DNA of 64,000 nucleotides from Thermoanaerobaculia bacterium (GTDB lineage Bacteria; Acidobacteriota; Thermoanaerobaculia; Multivoradales; UBA5704): NCBI GenBank assembly GCA_036264085.1, contig DATARR010000045.1, positions 19,649 to 83,648 of the forward strand, read 5' to 3'. Shown piece by piece: positions 36,468 to 47,400 of this stretch (position 1 is its first letter; each line of letters starts with the position of its first letter). The notes under the pieces were generated by a model. It saw only the letters and a program-made list of their open reading frames with translations, ran no database searches and was not told where the DNA came from. The position numbers and the translations under genes were made by a program.

Positions 36468-39400
36468 ATGCACGAAGCCCTCATCGACCTCACCCCGGCG
36501 TACCGGGCCCTGACCCTCGCCGAGCGGGCGGCGGCGCCCCGCAACGGCTCGCTGGCGAAGGCCGCGACGGCGAGCGACGACCTCGCCCGCCTGCGCCTCG
36601 CGCAGTGGCGGGACCTGTCGCCCTTCCGCTCGGGCGACGCCTTCGCCCGCCGGCTCTTGGACGACGGCCTCGACGTCGACGCCTTCGCGCGGCTGCTGGC
36701 CGAGCCCGCCGAGGACGCCGGCGCCCGCCTGCCGCAGCCGCCCGCCTGGCTCGCCGAGGTGGCGGCGGCGTTCGCCGCGCCCGCACCGGCCGCGCCGGAG
36801 CCGTTCCCCTGGCCCGAGGAGATGCGCGAGGACTCCGCCATCGGCTTCGTGGAGCTGGTCCGGCCGCTGGTCGACCGGGCGCGCGCCCGGCTGCGCGCAG
36901 GGATTGAAAGGATCCTCCAGGCTCATCGCGCACCGTTCACCGCGGTGGAGGCGGACCGGCTGGCGAGCAGGACGCTCGGCCTGAGTCTCCTGCAGCTCCT
37001 GGCGCGGACGCTGGTGCTGGAGATGCACGTGGCGCGGATCCAGGGCCTGCTGACCGGCGAGACCGCGGCCGAGCGCTTCGCCGCCTTCGTCGACCGGCTG
37101 CGCCAGCCCGCGGTGGCCGCCGCGATCCTCAACGAATATCCTGTCCTCGCCCGGCTGGTGGTCGAGGAGCTGGAAACCTGGGTCGCCACCTCCCTCGAGC
37201 TCCTGGAGCGGCTGGCGGCGGACTGGCCGGACCTCGTCGCCACCTTCTTCGCCGGCCAGGACCCCGGTCCCCTCACCGCGCTCGACGGCGGCGCGGGGGA
37301 CCGTCACCGCGGCGGCCGCGCCGTGCGCATCCTATCTTTCGCCTCGGGCGCGAAGCTCGTCTACAAGCCGCGGTCGCTCGCCGTGGACGGCCACTTCCAG
37401 GAGCTCCTCGCCTGGCTGGAGTCGCAGAGCGGCCTCTCCTTCCGCCGGCTGGCGGTGCTCGACCGGGGCGAGTACGGCTGGATGGAATTCGTCGCCGCCG
37501 GCGAGTGCGCCTCCGCGGCCGAGGTGGCGCTCTATCACCGCCGGCTCGGCGGTCTGCTCGCCGTGCTCTACGCCCTGGAGGCCACGGACTGCCACTTCGA
37601 GAACCTCATCGCGGCGGGAGATCAGCCGGTGGTGGTCGACCTCGAATCGCTGTTCCATCCGCGGCTCGACGTCCCACCGCCACCGCGGCCGGACGAACGG
37701 CTGGCGGGCCGGGCGCTGGCGGAGTCGGTGCTGCGCATCGGCCTCCTCCCCTTCCGCGTCGGCGAGAGCGACGGGTTCGAGGGCGTCGATCTCAGCGGCG
37801 TCGCGGTGGTGGCCGGCCAGCCCTCCCCTCAGCCGGTGCTGCAGTGGCAGGGGATTGGCACCGACGAGATGCGGGCCATTCGCGAGCGGGTCACCATGGA
37901 GGGAGGGCGCAACCGCCCGGCCCTCGACGGCCACGAGGTCGAAGCCGCCGAGTACACGGAGGACATGGCCGCGGGGTTCGCCGAGGTCTACCGCCTGCTG
38001 GCCCTTCACCGCGAGGAGCTGCTGGCGCCCGGCGGGCTCGTCGCCCGGTTCGCGGACGACCCGGTGCGGGCGGTGTTGCGCGCCACCCGCGTCTACGGCC
38101 TGCTGCTCGGCGAGAGCTTCCACCCCGACGTGCTGCGCGACGCGCTCGACCGCGACCTCCTCTTCGACCGCCTCTGGGTGGGGGTCGAAGAGGTGCCCGC
38201 CCTGGCCCGGGTGGTGGTGCCCGAGCACCGCGACCTGCGCAGCGGCGATGTCCCGTCGTTCACGGCCCGCCCCTCCTCGACCGACCTGTGGACGAGCCGC
38301 GGCGAGCTCGTCCCCGGGTTCTTCCGCGACACCGCGCTCAGCGGTGTGCGCCGCCGTCTCCAGGGCTTGAGCGAGGAGGACCTGCGCCGCCAGCTCGCGC
38401 TCCTCCGCCTCGCCCTCGGCACCCAATTGCTCAACCGCGACGACGTGGGCTGGCAGGGCTACGCCGAGGTCGATCCCGGCCCGCCCCTCGCCGCCGTCGA
38501 GCTGCACCAACGGCTCGTCGCCGCCGCCCGCGCGGTGGGGGAGTGGTTCGCGGACCAGGCGCTGCGGGATGGCGACGGCGGGCACGCCACCTGGATCGGC
38601 CTCGAATTCCGCAACCGCCTCTGGTCGATGGTGCCCGCGCCCGAGGACCTGTACGCGGGCCTGCCGGGGATCGCCCTCTTCCTCGGCTATCTCGGGATGG
38701 TCACGGGCGAGGAGCGCTGGGCCGGCCTCGCGCGGGCGGCGATGAATTCCCTGCTGGCGCGTTTCGAGAACGCGCCGGCGAGCGCCGCGGATTCTGCCAT
38801 GGGCCCCGAAGCCATCGGCGCCTTCTCCGGCTGGGGCGGCATCCTCTACGCCGCCGCCCACCTGGGCTCGCTGTGGCACGACGCGGACCTCCTCGCCGCG
38901 GCGGAGCGGCTGGCCGAAGAGATCCCGCCGCGGATCGCGAGCGACGAGGACCTCGACGTCGTCGGCGGCGCGGCGGGCGCGATCCTCGGTCTCCTCGCCC
39001 TCCACCGCGCCGCCGGCTCACGCCGCGCCCTCGCCGTGGCCGTCCTCTGCGGCGAGAGCCTGCTCGCCCGATCCCACCCGGCGGGGCCGGGCCTCGGGTG
39101 GCTCACGCGGCTCGCCACGGAGCGGCCACAGACCGGTTTCTCGCACGGCAACGCGGGCATCGGCCTGGCCCTGGTGGAGCTGGGCGCGACGGCCGGCGAT
39201 GCCCGCTTCCTCGACGCGGGTCTCGCGGCCTGGGACTGGGAGCGGGAGGCCTTCTGGCCCGAGCTCCAGCGCTGGCTCGCGGGCGACGGCCAGCCGCCGC
39301 CGGAGAGCACGGTGGCCATGGCCTGGTGCTACGGCGCTCCGGGCGTCGGCCTGGCGCGGCTCAAGGCCCTGGCCTACGTCCATGAGCCCGAGGCGCGACG

Positions 39401-39770
39401 CGCCCTGCGAGCCGAGGTGACGCAAGCCGTGCGCAAGACCGTCGAGCGCGGCTTCGGCGAGAACCACTGCCAGTGCCACGGCGACCTGGGCAACCTCGAC
39501 TTCCTCCTCCAGGCCCGCCAGGCTCTGGGCGATCCGGACCTGGACGCTCCGATCGACCGCCAGACCCGGATCGTCCTCGCCAGCATCGCCCGCGACGGCT
39601 GGCTCTGCGGCACGCGGGGAGGCGTCGCATCCCCCAGCCTGATGAACGGCTTCGCCGGCATCGGCTACGGCCTCCTGCGCCTGGCCGAACCCGGGCGGGT
39701 GCCCTCCGTGCTCGCCCTGGAGCCGCCCGCCGGGTCGCCTGGGAGCGCCGGCATCCCTGCCGGCATCTAA
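36468..39770 (+). CDS. lanM: Class II lanthipeptide synthetase LanM (dehydratase plus LanC-like cyclase)
   Basis: 1100 aa. The N-terminal region carries 'GDRHRGGRAV..L.F..G.KLVYKPRSL' and 'TDCHFENLIA' (LanM kinase/dehydratase-like). The C-terminal LanC-like motifs are 'GFSHGNAGIG', 'WCYGAPGVGLA' and 'CHGDLGN'. Confidence 0.85.
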   Translation: MHEALIDLTPAYRALTLAERAAAPRNGSLAKAATASDDLARLRLAQWRDLSPFRSGDAFARRLLDDGLDVDAFARLLAEPAEDAGARLPQPPAWLAEVAAAFAAPAPAAPEPFPWPEEMREDSAIGFVELVRPLVDRARARLRAGIERILQAHRAPFTAVEADRLASRTLGLSLLQLLARTLVLEMHVARIQGLLTGETAAERFAAFVDRLRQPAVAAAILNEYPVLARLVVEELETWVATSLELLERLAADWPDLVATFFAGQDPGPLTALDGGAGDRHRGGRAVRILSFASGAKLVYKPRSLAVDGHFQELLAWLESQSGLSFRRLAVLDRGEYGWMEFVAAGECASAAEVALYHRRLGGLLAVLYALEATDCHFENLIAAGDQPVVVDLESLFHPRLDVPPPPRPDERLAGRALAESVLRIGLLPFRVGESDGFEGVDLSGVAVVAGQPSPQPVLQWQGIGTDEMRAIRERVTMEGGRNRPALDGHEVEAAEYTEDMAAGFAEVYRLLALHREELLAPGGLVARFADDPVRAVLRATRVYGLLLGESFHPDVLRDALDRDLLFDRLWVGVEEVPALARVVVPEHRDLRSGDVPSFTARPSSTDLWTSRGELVPGFFRDTALSGVRRRLQGLSEEDLRRQLALLRLALGTQLLNRDDVGWQGYAEVDPGPPLAAVELHQRLVAAARAVGEWFADQALRDGDGGHATWIGLEFRNRLWSMVPAPEDLYAGLPGIALFLGYLGMVTGEERWAGLARAAMNSLLARFENAPASAADSAMGPEAIGAFSGWGGILYAAAHLGSLWHDADLLAAAERLAEEIPPRIASDEDLDVVGGAAGAILGLLALHRAAGSRRALAVAVLCGESLLARSHPAGPGLGWLTRLATERPQTGFSHGNAGIGLALVELGATAGDARFLDAGLAAWDWEREAFWPELQRWLAGDGQPPPESTVAMAWCYGAPGVGLARLKALAYVHEPEARRALRAEVTQAVRKTVERGFGENHCQCHGDLGNLDFLLQARQALGDPDLDAPIDRQTRIVLASIARDGWLCGTRGGVASPSLMNGFAGIGYGLLRLAEPGRVPSVLALEPPAGSPGSAGIPAGI

Positions 39771-39833
39771 CTCAAGACTAACTAAAAACGGAGTTAGCAG
39801 GCCGGCAGGGATGCCGGCGCTCCCAGGGTTTTT
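39738..39833 (+). terminator. Very long hairpin (27-bp plus 7-bp stems) followed by TTTTT; intrinsic terminator after lanM
   Basis: Left arm 39738-39764 pairs with 39801-39827, and inner 39767-39773 pairs with 39791-39797. A T-run follows at 39829-39833. The left arm encodes the last lanM codons. Confidence 0.7.
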
Positions 39834-39866
39834 GCTACCATCCCCTCCACTTTCAGGAGACCCCCC

Positions 39867-42800
39867 TTGAAGCCACGGATCCTCGTTCTTATCTTCCTGC
39901 TCCTCCCCTGCGCCCTGCCGGCCGAGGAGACGCTCGGCTATTACCGCTTCCCGGCCCTGCACGGCGACACGGTGGTGTTCGCGGCCGAGGGCGACCTCTG
40001 GCGCGTGGGCCGCCAGGGCGGCACGGCGACGCGGCTGACCACCCATCCGGCGGAGGAGTCCAATCCCGCCATCTCGCCGGACGGCAAGATGATCGCGTTC
40101 TCGGCGGCCTACGAAGGACCTGTCGAGGTCTACACCATGCCCATCGACGGCGGCCTGCCGGTGCGCCGCACGTTCGAGGGCGGCGATGCGCGGGTGGTGG
40201 GGTGGACGCCCGGCGGCGAGATCCTCTATGCGACCCGCCACTGGTCGGGCCTGCCGGCGACACAGCTCGTCCGCCTCGATCCGGCGACGGGCAAGAGCAC
40301 CCTTCTCCCCCTGGCCCAGGCCGCCGACGGCGAATTCACCCCGGACGGCAAGACGCTGTTCTTCACCCGCTTCGCCTTCCAGGGGAGCCACACCAAGCGC
40401 TACCGCGGCGGCACGGCCCAGAGCCTCTGGCGCTATCGCGAAGGCGACGCCGAGGCCGTCCCGCTGACCGGTGATTTCGACGGCACCAGCCGCGAGCCCA
40501 TGGTCTGGCAGGGACGCGTCTACTTCGTCTCCGACCGCGACGGCACCCTCAACCTGTGGTCCATGGACCCGGATGGCCACGACCTCAGGCAGCTCACCTC
40601 CCACCATGGCTGGGAGGTGGCCTCGCCCAGCCTGTCGGACGGCCGCATCGTCTATCAGCTCGGCGCCGACCTGCGGCTCTACGACATCACGGCGGCCCGG
40701 GACGAGCCGCTCCCCGTCCGCCTCGTCTCGGACTTCGACCAGATGCGGGAGACGTGGATCAAGGAGCCGCTGGAGTACCTCACCGCGGCCGACCTCTCGC
40801 CCGCCGGCGACCGGCTCGCGCTGACGGCCCGCGGGCAGGTGTTCGTGGTGCCGGTGAAGAAGGGGCGGATCGTGGAGGTCACCCGCAAGCCCGGAGTGCG
40901 CTACCGCGAAGCCCGCTTCCTCGCCGACGGCAAGAGCGTGCTCGCCCTCTCGGACGAGACCGGCGAGGTGGAGCTGTGGAAGCTCGCGGCCAACGGCGTG
41001 GGCAAGCCTGAGCAGCTCACCTCCGACGGCAAGGTGCTGCGCTGGGAGGGCGTCCCCTCGCCCGACGGCAAATGGATCGCCCATCGCGACAAGGACCGCC
41101 AGCTCTGGCTCCTGAATGTGAAAACCCGCAAGAACAGCCGCATCGCCGTCTCGGCCGACGGCGACTTCCAGGATCTCCGCTGGTCGCCGGACGGCCGCTG
41201 GCTGGCCTGGGCCGTCTCCGCCGCCAACACCTTCCTGCGCATCTATCTCTATGACACCGCCACCGGCCACACCACGCCCCTCACCTCCGAGCGCTTCAAC
41301 AGTTGGAGCCCCACCTGGAGCCAGGACGGCAAATGGCTCTGGTTCCTCTCCGACCGCGAGCTGCGCACCCTCGTCCCGGGGCCCTGGGGGACGCGGCAGC
41401 CCGATCCCTTCCTGACGGCGACCACCAAGATTTTCGGCGCCGCTCTGAAGAAGGGGCTGCGCTCGCCTTTCCAGCCGCCGGACGAGCTGCATCCCGAGGA
41501 GGGGAAGGACGACAAGGACAGGAAGGACAGCAAGGACGGCAAGGAGGCGAAGGAGGACAAGAAGGGAGCCGGGGAGGAGGGGAAGCCGTCCAAGGAGGAG
41601 AAGGAGGAGAAGGTGGAAAAAGTGGAAATCGACCTCGACGGCCTCTCAGAGCGGCTCGTCGAGGTGCCGGTCGAGGCCGGCAACTACGACTCCCTCTCGG
41701 CCAACGACGACCGGTTGTTCTGGCTGCAGTCCGATCCCTCCTTCGCGGACGAGCCCACGTCGTCCCTGCTGACGGTGGCCTTCGACAGCGAGAAGCCCAA
41801 GGCCAAGACAGTGGTGGAGGGGATCGTCGACTACCAGCTCTCGGACGATGGCAAGAAGCTGCTGGTGCACAAAGAGAAGGCCCTCTACGTCTTCGCCGCC
41901 GGCGACGAGGCGCCCGAAGAGCTCGACGAGGCGAAGGTGGACCTTTCCGGCTGGACCTTCCCCATCGATCCGAAGGAACAGTGGCGCCAGATGTTCCGCG
42001 AGGCCTGGCGGCTGGAACGGGATTATTTCTACGATCCCAAGATGCACGGCGTGGACTGGCCCGCCATGCTGGAGAAATACCGCCCCCTGTCGCTGCGGGT
42101 GACGAGCCGGTCCGAGCTCAGCGACCTGCTGGGACAGATGGTGAGCGAGCTTTCAGCCCTGCACACCTTCGTTCACGGCGGCGACCGGCGCAAGGGGGAC
42201 GCCGACGTCGACGTCGCCTCCCTGGGGGCCGTGCTGATGCGCGATGAAAAGGCGGGCGGCTACCGCGTGGACCGCCTCTATGCCTGGGACCCGGACCTCC
42301 CGGCCGACGCACCGCCGCTGGCCATGCCCGGCGTCGACGTCAAGGCGGGCGACGTCATCGAATCGATCAACGGCGTGCCGACCCTGTCGGTGCCTGACGC
42401 CGGCCTGCTGCTGCGCAACCAGGCGGACCGGCAGGTCCTGCTGCGCGTGCGCGATGCCCGGGATGCCCATGATGTTAAAACCCGCGCCGCGCGCGACGTG
42501 GTGGTGGTCCCGGTCTCCCCGAAACAGGAGGCCGACCTGCGCTACACCGACTGGGAGCTCTCCCGCCGGCGGCGAGTGGAGGAGAAAGGCAAGAGCCAGA
42601 TCGGCTACCTCCACCTGCGCGCCATGAGCAGCGACGACTACACGAGCTGGGCGCGCGATTTTTATCCGGTCTTCGATCGCCAGGGGTTGATCCTCGACCT
42701 GCGCAACAATCGTGGCGGCAACATCGAGAGCTGGCTGCTTGGCAAGCTCCAGCGCAAGGCGTGGTTCTGGTGGCAGCCGCGGGTGGGCACGCCCTACTCG

Positions 42801-43235
42801 GACATGCAGTACGCCTTCCGTGGTCACGTGGTGGTGCTGGTCGACGAGGGCACCAGCTCGGACGGCGAAGCCTTCGCCGAGGGCGTCAAGCGCCTGGGGC
42901 TGGGCAAGGTGATCGGCACCCGCACCTGGGGTGGCGAGATCTGGCTGAGCTCGTCGAACGTCCTGGTGGACAAGGGGATCGCCACCGCCGCCGAGTTCGG
43001 CGTCTTCGGTCCCGAAGGGACCTGGCTGATCGAAGGCCACGGCGTCGACCCCGACGTCGTGAAAGACAACCTCCCTCACGCCACCTTCCTCGGCGGCGAC
43101 GCCCAGCTCGACGCCGCGATTACGTACCTCCAGGAAGAGATCAAGAAAAACCCCGTGCCGCCGGTCAAGCCGCCGCAGTATCCGAACAAGTCGGGACGTG
43201 AGCCCAAGCGCGAGCCTGCGCGTGAGGTCCCGTAG
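39867..43235 (+). CDS. Tricorn-protease-like S41 peptidase (beta-propellers plus PDZ plus peptidase)
   Basis: N-terminal 'YYRFPALHGDTVVFAAEGDLWRV...THPAEESNPAISPDGKMIAFSA.YEG..EVY' is tricorn-like. C-terminal 'DLRNNRGGN' and 'VVVLVDEGTSSDGEAFA' form the S41 catalytic region. Start codon TTG. Confidence 0.8.
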   Translation: MKPRILVLIFLLLPCALPAEETLGYYRFPALHGDTVVFAAEGDLWRVGRQGGTATRLTTHPAEESNPAISPDGKMIAFSAAYEGPVEVYTMPIDGGLPVRRTFEGGDARVVGWTPGGEILYATRHWSGLPATQLVRLDPATGKSTLLPLAQAADGEFTPDGKTLFFTRFAFQGSHTKRYRGGTAQSLWRYREGDAEAVPLTGDFDGTSREPMVWQGRVYFVSDRDGTLNLWSMDPDGHDLRQLTSHHGWEVASPSLSDGRIVYQLGADLRLYDITAARDEPLPVRLVSDFDQMRETWIKEPLEYLTAADLSPAGDRLALTARGQVFVVPVKKGRIVEVTRKPGVRYREARFLADGKSVLALSDETGEVELWKLAANGVGKPEQLTSDGKVLRWEGVPSPDGKWIAHRDKDRQLWLLNVKTRKNSRIAVSADGDFQDLRWSPDGRWLAWAVSAANTFLRIYLYDTATGHTTPLTSERFNSWSPTWSQDGKWLWFLSDRELRTLVPGPWGTRQPDPFLTATTKIFGAALKKGLRSPFQPPDELHPEEGKDDKDRKDSKDGKEAKEDKKGAGEEGKPSKEEKEEKVEKVEIDLDGLSERLVEVPVEAGNYDSLSANDDRLFWLQSDPSFADEPTSSLLTVAFDSEKPKAKTVVEGIVDYQLSDDGKKLLVHKEKALYVFAAGDEAPEELDEAKVDLSGWTFPIDPKEQWRQMFREAWRLERDYFYDPKMHGVDWPAMLEKYRPLSLRVTSRSELSDLLGQMVSELSALHTFVHGGDRRKGDADVDVASLGAVLMRDEKAGGYRVDRLYAWDPDLPADAPPLAMPGVDVKAGDVIESINGVPTLSVPDAGLLLRNQADRQVLLRVRDARDAHDVKTRAARDVVVVPVSPKQEADLRYTDWELSRRRRVEEKGKSQIGYLHLRAMSSDDYTSWARDFYPVFDRQGLILDLRNNRGGNIESWLLGKLQRKAWFWWQPRVGTPYSDMQYAFRGHVVVLVDEGTSSDGEAFAEGVKRLGLGKVIGTRTWGGEIWLSSSNVLVDKGIATAAEFGVFGPEGTWLIEGHGVDPDVVKDNLPHATFLGGDAQLDAAITYLQEEIKKNPVPPVKPPQYPNKSGREPKREPAREVP

Positions 43236-43332
43236 AGAGGTTGACTTTCAATCCGTTTTCCTCTTAAATAAGGGAGACGCCGCCGAATCCGGGGCCGCCA
43301 ACACTCCCGTTTCATCGGGTGGAGGCAGAGCC

Positions 43333-44508
43333 ATGCGAACGATCACGTTCTCGACGCTTTATCCCAATCGTGTCCAGCCCAGGAACGGCATCTTCATCGA
43401 GCAGCGGCTGCGCCATCTGCTGGAGACCGGCGAGGTCGAGTCGCAGGTGGTGGCGCCGGTCCCCTGGTTTCCGTCGTCGCATCCCGCCTTCCGTGGTTAC
43501 GCCACTTTCGCCCGAGTCCCCCGGTACGAGGAGCGGCATGGGCTCCCCATCCATCATCCACGCTATGTGCGGCTGCCGAAGGTGGGGCTGAGCTCGGCGC
43601 CGCTGCTGATGGCGATGGCGGTCAAGCCCCTGCTGGAGAAAATCCTGAAGCGGGGGTTCGACTTCGATGCCATCGATGCCCACTACGTCTACCCGGACGG
43701 CGTGGCGGCGATGATTCTGGGCCGGCACTTCGGCAAGCCGGTGGTGATGTCGGTCCTGGGAGATGACGTCATCACCTATCCGCGCTATGCCATACCCCGC
43801 TGGCTCCTGCTCTGGGCGGTGGGCCGCGCCGCCGGCATCACCTCGGTCTGCGAGGCGCTCAAGCGTCAACTGGTGGCGTGGGGAGCGCCGGAGGGGAAAG
43901 TCCGGGTCGTGCTGCACGGGGTGGATCTCGATCTCTTCCAGCCGGTGGACCGGGACGCGGTGCGCCGGCGCCTGGGGCTCGCCGGAACCGTGCTGCTCTC
44001 GGTGGGACATGCGACCCCGCGCAAGGGTCACCACCTGGCCATCGAAGCGCTGCGCGAGCTTCCCGGAGTGACGCTGCTCATCGCCGGCGACGGCTGGTAT
44101 GAGGGGACGCTGCGGGAGTTGGCCGCCTCCCTGAACGTGGCGGACCGGGTGCGATTCCTGGGTCAGGTCGCGCAGGACGAGCTCAAGGATTACTACAGCG
44201 CCGCCGATGCCCTGGTGCTGGCCTCCAGCCGCGAGGGCATCGCCAACGTGCTGCTCGAATCCATGGCCTGTGGCTCGCCGGTCATTGCCACGGCGGTGTG
44301 GGGCACGCCGGAGGCGGTGACCTCACCCGCGGCCGGCGTGCTGATGGAGGAGCGGACGGCCTCGGCCCTGGTCTCGGCGGCGCGGCGGCTGTTCGACAAC
44401 TACCCCGATCGCGCCGCCACCCGCCGTCACGCCGCGGGCTTCACCTGGGAGCGGACGAGCCAGGACCACCTGGAAGTGCTGAACCAGGCCTTGGCCGCGG
44501 CGGCCTGA
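43333..44508 (+). CDS. Glycosyltransferase family 4
   Basis: GT-B C-terminal 'EGIANVLLESMACGSPVIAT' (E-x7-E) and 'LIAGDG....L'. Confidence 0.75.
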   Translation: MRTITFSTLYPNRVQPRNGIFIEQRLRHLLETGEVESQVVAPVPWFPSSHPAFRGYATFARVPRYEERHGLPIHHPRYVRLPKVGLSSAPLLMAMAVKPLLEKILKRGFDFDAIDAHYVYPDGVAAMILGRHFGKPVVMSVLGDDVITYPRYAIPRWLLLWAVGRAAGITSVCEALKRQLVAWGAPEGKVRVVLHGVDLDLFQPVDRDAVRRRLGLAGTVLLSVGHATPRKGHHLAIEALRELPGVTLLIAGDGWYEGTLRELAASLNVADRVRFLGQVAQDELKDYYSAADALVLASSREGIANVLLESMACGSPVIATAVWGTPEAVTSPAAGVLMEERTASALVSAARRLFDNYPDRAATRRHAAGFTWERTSQDHLEVLNQALAAAA

Positions 44509-44562
44509 GCGCACTGCCGATCGATCGAGGACGTTGTAAGCTTCCTGAGAAGGAGGCTTGCG

Positions 44563-44985
44563 ATGTCCCACGAAGTCTTCACTCACGACTGGGCCGTTGC
44601 CTGGGGCGAGGCGATCCGTTCCAGCGACGGCTACCGGACGGCCGCCCGGCGTTGGCAGTGGCCCATGATCATCGCCATGACCCCGGACCCCGAGCTGAGC
44701 CTGCCCGGGCGAGCGGTCTTCCTCGACCTGTTCGAAGGGGACTGCCGCGAAGCGCGGACTGCCACCGAAATCGATCGGGCCGCCGTGCCATATATTCTCA
44801 GCGGCGATTTCCGCACCTGGAAACAGGTGCTGGACCGCGAGCTCGAGCCCATCCTGGCGCTGATGACGGGCAGGCTCAAGCTGGAGAAGGGGAGCCTCGC
44901 CGGGCTGATCCCCTACGTCACCGCCGCCCGGGAGATGGTCGTCGCGGCGTCGCAGGTGCCTTATCGTCTGCCGGAGGGAGCTTGA
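44563..44985 (+). CDS. SCP2 sterol-binding-domain protein
   Basis: 140 aa. '...ILSGDFRTWKQVLDRELEPILALMTGRLKLEKGSLAGL' matches the SCP2 C-terminal pattern. Confidence 0.6.
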   Translation: MSHEVFTHDWAVAWGEAIRSSDGYRTAARRWQWPMIIAMTPDPELSLPGRAVFLDLFEGDCREARTATEIDRAAVPYILSGDFRTWKQVLDRELEPILALMTGRLKLEKGSLAGLIPYVTAAREMVVAASQVPYRLPEGA

Positions 44986-45006
44986 CAATAGAGGAGGATT
45001 GAGCTC

Positions 45007-45201
45007 ATGAGCATAGGCGTACCCGAGATCCTGATTGTCCTTTTTCTGATTGTGTTTCTCGGTTTGGTCTGTGGAGGGGTTTTCCTGCTCATGCGCGTGC
45101 TCGGCAGGCCAGCCTTGGGGCGCAAAGTGGAGGCGCTGGAGAGCGAGGTGAAGGCGCTGCGGGCGGAGGTGGCTGCGGCGTCCCGTCGCGATGAGAGTTA
45201 A
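45007..45201 (+). CDS. Small single-TM protein with a coiled-coil tail
   Basis: 64 aa: 'ILIVLFLIVFLGLVCGGVFLL' TM followed by 'VEALESEVKALRAEVAAA'. An AGGAGGA RBS is present. Confidence 0.45.
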   Translation: MSIGVPEILIVLFLIVFLGLVCGGVFLLMRVLGRPALGRKVEALESEVKALRAEVAAASRRDES

Positions 45202-45269
45202 AGTCCAGGCGACCGATCGGCGGCTCGCGACGGCGGAGGTGCGAGGAGACCGGACGGCATCGTCGCATT

Positions 45270-45498
45270 GGAGACGACCCGCCGTTCCCGTGGCCTCCGA
45301 AACGGTTTCGTATCGGGTCTGGGTCGTCTCTACGGAACCTCGGAGAGGCGGCCAGCGACAGAGGTTCCGGAGGGGTTGGAAGATTCCGCGTCAAAGGCCC
45401 GTAATCGACATCCTTTGCCATCGCGAGACCGGTCCGTAGAGACGCCACAGACCCGATACGATACCTTCGGCAGGCCACGGGGACGGCGGGGCGTCTCC
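45270..45498. repeat. Long imperfect inverted repeat (arms of about 65 nt, about 96-nt centre with its own 8-bp hairpin); candidate structured RNA or MITE-like element
   Basis: Arms at 45270-45335 and 45434-45498 are about 85-90% complementary by manual alignment. The inner stem is ggaacctc/gaggttcc at 45334-45341 / 45361-45368. Confidence 0.7.
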
Positions 45499-45731
45499 GG
45501 CGCGGCAATGTCGCTCCGCTCCTCCCCTACCTCCAGCGTCGAAACCCCAGAAAGGAAATGTGTGGAATGGTATGGGTTGACGCCCAGGCTTGTCAGTGGA
45601 TTTCTTGGAATTGCCCTGATTAGCACGGAGGATTGCGGCACATCACCCACAGTCCCGAAGGGGCGACAGCCTCTTCTCGGTAAACGCACGCTCGGTTGGA
45701 GAATCTCATAGATGCCCATCGCGGGTCTCTC

Positions 45732-47384
<1,653 letters not shown>

Positions 47385-47400
47385 TTACCAGCAGTTTAAA

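Noticed and set aside
39867-43235. Tricorn-like protease as the dedicated leader peptidase (LanP-like) of the lanthipeptide cluster.
   Set aside because: This rests on adjacency only. A very strong terminator hairpin separates it from lanM, and tricorn-type proteases are general peptide-degrading enzymes. I did not claim it, though it remains testable.
45190-45215. 'gagttaaagtccaggc' resembles the RNase P RNA 'GAGGAAAGUCCGGGC' box.
   Set aside because: None of the other conserved RNase P regions could be found on either strand nearby, for example the ACAGAACCCGGCUUA-type P4 3' strand. The match is short and imperfect.
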